NCBI RefSeq assembly: GCF_006345805.1
Contig: NC_042997.1
Coordinates: 175,708,001 to 175,772,000 of the forward strand
Direction of reading: 5' to 3'
Source of the DNA: Octopus sinensis
Taxonomy: Eukaryota
DNA: 64,000 bases
In this document: piece by piece, positions 57,932 to 64,000 of the stretch
How the letters are laid out: every line of letters starts with the position of its first letter
Position numbering within the stretch: position 1 is the stretch's first letter
Notes under the pieces: generated by a model
Told to the model about the DNA's origin: nothing
The model's input: the letters and a program-made list of their open reading frames with translations, nothing else
Databases searched by the model: none
Position numbers and translations under genes: made by a program

Positions 57932-59260
57932 TTAATTTCATCAAGTAGTTGATTGTAATTACTTTTCATCTTTCATTTACATTCAGTTATCTTATTTTTC
58001 TGATATTAAAACATTTACAATATCTCAAAAGAAGAAAAGGGATTGGCTGTTAACATTTCCTTATAGGCACTTTCGCTATAATGGTTTCCAGTTGTATGTT
58101 CTTAATATTAATATGCTTGTTACATGCTGAGAGCTGTCCTTTCTGCACATCAGCTGTTATAACATATAGTATAAAATAGGAAAAAATTTTAATATCATTT
58201 ATTCTGAATTCAGTAATAAGTATCATATATTTTGGCACAGTCATATAAAATCTAGTGATTTTGATGGGGTTTTTATTCCATAGTATTTAAAGTTTTACCT
58301 CATACTCTCCGTCTTCTCTGACATTTAAAAGTTCAAAAACATTGTCATCGTAATCCATGAAACACGATTCCTTAAATAATATTGACTTATTTTGTCCAGT
58401 CCTATTGCCAAGATTTTTGTATGGATGAAAGTGTAGTTGATTTTATTGTCCACCCCATCAACTTATGTTGACCCCAGAAGCATAAAAGTTTAAATTGGCT
58501 CAAGATTTGAAGACTAAATACAGGGCAACTAAATATTTGTTGGATTCTACCTTCTGTTTCTGGGGTTCATGGTTGTCCTATTACTGTTTTTATGTTATGT
58601 TTAGATCTAAATACGTGTTTCTTCTTTCATTTACTGCTTAGCAAGTCTAAACTTTAAGACAATTACTGACTGCAGTGGTTGACAATATTATCCTTTGCCA
58701 TGATATTGCTGTAAATGAATTATTGATCTCTAAAGGAGAAACAAGCAGCACAGCATAAATCTACAATGTTATGGATGCCACAGGGTTTAGGATTCTTTAG
58801 TACTTAGATTATTACAATTACCAATTGCTTGTTCATTGCAAATCTATTATAAATTGTTGTTTAACTTGAAGTTAGACCTCATCAGTCATATGATCAGCCT
58901 GCCTTTCTCTTTTTCTCTCTCTCTCTTCCTGAACCTACTGTATCTAATAGCAAACAATATGAGGAATCCTTTCTTTTTCTACTTAAAGATGCTAGGTATG
59001 ATATGAGGGAAAATTAGCTACTATTAGCAAGTCAAGCAACCACATAGTTTCATTGATTTAAATCAATCGTTTCTTATGATACTACTTTGAAAAAGTTGTG
59101 TGGCGATTAAAAATACTTGAGATAAATGCATATTTATTAATGCCAAAAATTGTTATTTCATTTTAATTAAGTGATTGCTGAGTAAAATTTGTTATATCTG
59201 TTGAAATGTTTTTACTTTTTAATTTAATTATCTGATTCGTTTATTGATTATTTATTGCAG

Positions 59261-59324
59261 GAAAACATTCAGGACCTTGTCAGCCAAGGACTTTGTACTG
59301 CTTATTATGTGAAATCAATTTCAG
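59261..59324 (+). CDS. SLC44A2: CTL exon, ENIQDLVSQGLCTAYYVKSIS
   Basis: 64 nt, ttgcag|...|gtacaa; phase 0-1; resembles the family LVxxxxCxxxxxxS segment. Confidence 0.88.
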
Positions 59325-60165
59325 GTACAATTCTACTTCTTTTAGTATTAGTTTTGACAGAAACATGCATTTTGTCATCTTAATTACTTACTATTATTAT
59401 AATAATTGCTTTCAGCAATTTCTAGTAATTTCTATGCATTTATTTCTTTGTTCTCATGTTCTTTTGGTTTTTTTTCCCCTCACCTTCTATTTGTGCCCTG
59501 GGCTGATTTAATCAGTACATGTCACTTGTTATAGACATATTTACAAAAGAAATAAGCAAAGAATTGAGGCATGGTGAAATGTAGTTGATCGGTGTTCTTT
59601 TCTTTTAAGTTGCTGTTATTTAGCCTTGGGTCAGTGCTAATTGAACATGTACAATGAGGTGAAACACAGTAGGGAAGAAAGATGGGTGCATCAAGTGAGT
59701 TTAGGTTGACATAGTACAAAGTTGTCACATTGTTAGAAGAGAAGTAACTCACTCAGGACCTCTGAGAAGAATTTTGTCAATGGACACAGTTTCTTCTGGG
59801 CTCTTTTCAGAAGATCCTAATCTTCAATATGTACAAACATTTCTTGACATCCCTGGAAATTCCTAGGCTTGGGTACAGTGTATCTCATTGCTTGCCATTC
59901 TCATAGACCTTACAGTGACCATTGTACAGCAATAGGAAAAAGCTGTGAGAAGATACACAACAGACTAAAAGACAAAAAGTTATTGATGGTAAATGGGCAT
60001 TTGCTTTGTCTGATGAATTCTTTTATTTTTTGTTTTTTTTCCCCTTTGTTTAAATGATTTAGAACTGTCAACTTTTTGTATATATTTTTATATTCTCTCT
60101 ATATTTGTATTTGGACTGTAATCGCATGTTGTTTATGAAGGATTAATATCTTCTCTTCATTCCAG

Positions 60166-60301
60166 TTGCCCATCGCTGTATCCCTGCTGTGTTTAAATCA
60201 AATAGCATGTATGATGTTCTTCAAAGTGGCAATAGTACAGTTAAATTGATGTCTAAAGATGGTGACAAAATCACACCAAATGCTTTGGCTGAAGCAACAA
60301 G
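60166..60301 (+). CDS. SLC44A2: CTL exon, VAHRCIPAVFKSNSMYDVLQSGNSTVKLMSKDGDKITPNALAEATR
   Basis: 136 nt, ttccag|...|gtacta; conserved RCxP; NST glycosylation sequon. Confidence 0.9.
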
Positions 60302-60449
60302 GTACTAAGCATTTTTTTTTTTTCAGTCATAAAAAGACAATTCTTTGATTTAATTTTTCTTTCCTGTTTTCTAATTTTTTAAATTTATGTTATTCACTAT
60401 GAATTTACTTCTCAGATGATTTGACTTTTTATTTTTCTCTTCTTTGTAG

Positions 60450-60533
60450 ATACCTCATTGAATTTCACAAATTTCAGGAATATGGAGAGATGATATTCAG
60501 TGACATTAAAAATTCCTGGCTCCTCATTGTAGT
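60450..60533 (+). CDS. SLC44A2: CTL exon, YLIEFHKFQEYGEMIFSDIKNSWLLIVV
   Basis: 84 nt, ttgtag|...|gtaagt; IFxDxxxSW motif before TM2. Confidence 0.93.
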
Positions 60534-60541
60534 GTAAGTGT

Positions 60542-60572
<31 letters not shown>

Positions 60573-60599
60573 TTGATTGATTGAAATAATATAGATGTA

Positions 60600-61013
60600 G
60601 GCATAGGAGTGGCTGTGTGGTAAGTAGCTTGCTTACAAACCACATGGTTCCTGGTTCAGTCCCACTGCATGGCACCTTGGGCAAGTGTCTTCTACTATAG
60701 CCTCAGGCCAACCAAAGCCTTGTGAGTGGATTTGGTAGACAGAAACTGAAGGAAGCCCGTTGTATATATGTGTATATATGTATGTATGTGTGTGTGTGTG
60801 TGTGTGTATATGTTTGTGTGTCTGTGTTTATCCCCCCAACATCACTTGACAACCGTTGCTGGTGTGTTTACATCCCCGTAACTTAGCAGTTCGGCAAAAG
60901 AGACCGATAGAATAAATACTAGGCTTACAAAGAATAAGTCCTGGGGTTGATTTGCTCGTCTAAAGGCGGTGCTCCAGCATGGTCACAGTCACATGGCTGA
61001 AACAAGTAAAAGA
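60600..61013 (+). mobile_element. tRNA-derived SINE, family A (full length)
   Basis: ggcataggagtggctgtgtggtaag...ggttcagtccc...ggcggtgctccagcatggtcacagtc..ctgaaacaagtaaaaga. Confidence 0.85.
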
Positions 61014-61480
61014 CAGTAATGTAATAGCACCAAATAAATAAATCAGAAGTTTGAATTGAGTGTATTAATTTTATTGTTTTTGAATGAGCCACTTAAATTT
61101 ATACAAACCTCAGTTCACCTTCTGTAGAATAAATAGGAACTAGGATTTTCTGAGAAATTTTAACTCTGATGGACTAGTTTTGTCCATTTCTAAAATAGCT
61201 AATACTGTCTGATCTGAATACCAATACTCTGGATTACTGTCTTTTAAAGAAGAGGTAACTAGTATTTCATTTTTTGAAGAAGCGTTTAATCTGATATTTG
61301 ATTGAATAGCATGTCTTTTGAATTTTATGCTTTCAAAGATTGACTTGTATGCTATACAAAAGTTGTAGTCCGATACTACTATATAGGGTTGCAGTCAGAT
61401 ACCATATGAAGTTGCAAGTCATTTCCTTGATTGAGCTGTTGTTTTTTTCTTAGTTGCTAATTGAACATTTCTGCTTACAG

Positions 61481-61593
61481 ATGCTTCCTGATTGCTGTGC
61501 TGATATCCTTGGTTTGGGTGATTTTACTGCGTTGTATTGCAGCTGTTCTTGTTTGGGTGACACTTATTGCTTTCTTTGCATTACTTGGATTTG
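61481..61593 (+). CDS. SLC44A2: CTL exon, CFLIAVLISLVWVILLRCIAAVLVWVTLIAFFALLGF (TM2-3)
   Basis: 113 nt, ttacag|...|gtaagt; LLRxxAxxxVW motif. Confidence 0.95.
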
Positions 61594-61621
61594 GTAAGTG
61601 TTCTTCTTCTTATGATAATGG

Positions 61622-62353
61622 TTTCAAATTTTGGTACAAGGTCAGCGTTTTTAGGAGAGAGAATTTGTTGAGTATATCAACCCCAGTGTTCAACTGGTAC
61701 TTATTTTATTGTTTGTTCCTTCTCGAGCCATGCCTAGCTCATAAGGGCCAGTTTCCTGGTTTCTTGGCGTATAGGTTCCCCGCCAAGATGCAGGAGGAAA
61801 GAGTAAGAGAAAGTTGTGGTGAAAGAGTCAGCAGAAGTTCGCCATTACCTTCTGCCGGAGCCGTGTGGAGCTTAGATGTTTCGCTCATAAACACACACAT
61901 CACCCGGTCTGAGATTCAAACCCGTGATCCCTCGACCGCGAGTCCACTTCTCTAACAACTAGGCCATGTGCCTCCACGACTTATTTTATTGACCCCACCA
62001 AAAGGATGAAAGGCAAAGTCAACCCTGATGGAATTTGGACTCAGAACATAATGAACTGGAAAAAATATTGATAGTATTTTGTCCCACACACGAACAATTC
62101 TGCCAATTTACTACTTTAAAGATAATAATAATAATGATAATAATAGTTTTAAACTTTGGCACCAAGCCAGCAGTTCCTGGGAGGTTGCAAGTTGATTACA
62201 TCAACCTCAGTGTTCAACTGGTACTTATTTTATCAACCCTGAGGATGAAAGTGAAGTCAACCTCAGCAGGATTTGAACTCAGAAAGTAAAGACAGACAAA
62301 ATGCTGCTAAGCATTTTGCTGGGTCTGCTAACGATCCTACCAGCTTGCCACCC

Positions 62354-62387
<34 letters not shown>

Positions 62388-62498
62388 TATGATTTAAAAT
62401 TTTGGCACAAGGCAGTCGTCTCGGCAGAATTTGAACTCAAAACATAAAGATGGATGAAATGCTATTGAGCATTTTACCCGACGTGCTAACCACCTTGA

Positions 62499-62534
<36 letters not shown>

Positions 62535-62610
62535 CCTTTCTACTATAGGCACAAGGCTTGAAATTTGGAAGGAGGGACTAGTCAATTGCATCGATCCCAG
62601 CACTTTATTG
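61622..62610 (-). mobile_element. Cluster of family B SINEs, the first interrupted by a younger SINE
   Basis: Repeated ggcacaagg...actggtacttattttat...gatgaaag...atttgaactcag; (aat)n spacers. Confidence 0.75.
61712..61978 (-). mobile_element. Young tRNA-derived SINE, family C, with 13-bp target-site duplication
   Basis: TSD ACTTATTTTATTG at 61699-61711 and 61979-61991; box A tggcctagttg, box B ggtttgaatct; aaac tail; retains many CpGs. Confidence 0.85.
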
Positions 62611-63058
62611 GTAGGATGCCCTACCTAACGCTAACCACTTACAGACTGTGATGAGTGCTTTGTATGTGGCACCAGCACCTGTATCAGTTTTGCAGTGGTG
62701 GACAGGTCTTCTTGGTTCAGCAAGGCACCAGACATCTCAGTCCTTTGTCATCTTCTAAACTTAAATTACTATTATTATTGCAGTATTATATTCTGAGTTC
62801 AACCTGTTCATGTTGACATTGACATTCATCATTCTAAGTGTTGATAAAATGGAGGGCAACTAAATCAATAATATCCTTCCTGCCAAAATTTTTGGTTTTG
62901 TGTTTACAGTTGAGATCGTTATTAAAAATAATTTTATTTTCAATTTGTGGCATTTAGTATATCTTCTAAGGACAATATTTTTCAAATAAATTTATCTACC
63001 TGATTTAACAGACAGCTATTTCATCTAATTTATAACCTTTTATTTGTTTCCTTTATAG

Positions 63059-63190
63059 TCATTTACTATACATTCAATACTTATGTTGAACTTAAAAATT
63101 CTGGTAAAGAAAATGATTTTGGTCTCACTCCTGCATTTGCTGGCAACTTTGAGTATTACCTTGGTTTGGAACAGACCTGGTTGGCCGCTG
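63059..63190 (+). CDS. SLC44A2: CTL exon, VIYYTFNTYVELKNSGKENDFGLTPAFAGNFEYYLGLEQTWLAA
   Basis: 132 nt, ctttatag|...|gtgagt; YLxxxQTWLA motif; phase 1-1. Confidence 0.92.
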
Positions 63191-63569
63191 GTGAGTCTTC
63201 GCTTTTTTTTACATAAAGATGCAATTGTGAATAAATTGTGTATTCTACAACATGCATGCACACACACACAAATATACACACACAGTTGCTTCAATTTAAT
63301 TCATATGCCTGAACAAATTAACTATAAGATTTTCTGTGTAAAATTAATGATTTCAACATGGTTTCAACCTTTTCAACTTACGATCTACAAATGATTTAAA
63401 TTGGAAATTAGTAGACTGCTTCTTTTTTTATTCTTAGGGCTTGGATTTCTTTTAATAGTTGCAAGTTTTTCTACTGATTCACAACATAATGCAACACAAA
63501 AATTAAAATCAGTCCTTCATTATGGACCAAATATATACATTTTCTTTTTTCTCCATTTTTATTTTTCAG

Positions 63570-63669
63570 GTATCATATGTTCAGTTATATTTGTGGTGTG
63601 TTTGCTTTTGCTGATATTTGTGGCTAAGAAATTGTGCCTTGCCATTGAACTCATTAAAGAAGCAAGTCG
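63570..63669 (+). CDS. SLC44A2: CTL exon, GIICSVIFVVCLLLLIFVAKKLCLAIELIKEASR (TM4); gene continues beyond the window
   Basis: 100 nt, tttttcag|...|gtaaga; AIxLIKEAS motif. Confidence 0.95.
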
Positions 63670-64000
63670 GTAAGAGGCAAAGCAGTTTCTATAATTTATT
63701 AATTGTGATATCGAAAACTAGTCATCAATAATGATAATATTCATCAACACAACCATGATGCCTCACATTTGACCCTTTAGCATTCGGATTACCTCTCGGG
63801 GCCGGTGCGCATTGATGCCGTCGAGAGGTAGGCCCCGAAACGGCACGCATTCTCTCCTGATGACCCCATACACTTGCTAGCTTCCAGTATACAGAGCTTT
63901 TAACTGGTAGCACTTGCATGTGCAAGTTGTTTGCAAGACATGTCAAATGTTAGACTTATTTATTCACATTGTTTTGAATTATTCATACATTCAAAATTTT

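Noticed and set aside
60600-60675. tRNA gene calls at SINE heads
   Set aside because: A/B boxes continue into SINE bodies; no complete cloverleaf
63816-63867. Canonical hammerhead or HDV ribozyme call
   Set aside because: Strand order is non-canonical and stem II after CUGAUGA cannot pair; kept only as an uncharacterised structured element

Overview
AT-rich, repeat-dense animal genomic DNA; the SINE/LINE/MITE families and long (TA)n tracts point to an octopus-like cephalopod (inference). The + strand carries the 5' two-thirds of a choline transporter-like gene (SLC44A2/4/5 group, CTL2/CTL4-like). Eleven phase-consistent GT-AG coding exons lie at 25383-63669, with a candidate ATG exon at 13740-13764 and a candidate 9-nt microexon at 24981-24989; the gene runs off the right edge. 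Its large 5' introns hold a chain of phase-compatible minus-strand exons (about 18085-37363) that the ORF track largely misses. They form a nested antisense gene or decaying pseudogene of unknown family, with one stop-free splice path of 234 aa. Mobile DNA includes a near full-length CR1/L2-group LINE (44290-47986) next to a 3.8-kb TA/GT array, a complete but decayed mariner (52232-53462), TTAA-flanked MITEs and several SINE families, one of which shares its 3' end with the LINE. There are also several hairpins and inverted repeats, and a compact multi-helix GC-rich insert at 63790-63940. Most listed ORFs are microsatellite or chance ORFs. All calls are from manual reading; repeat boundaries are approximate.
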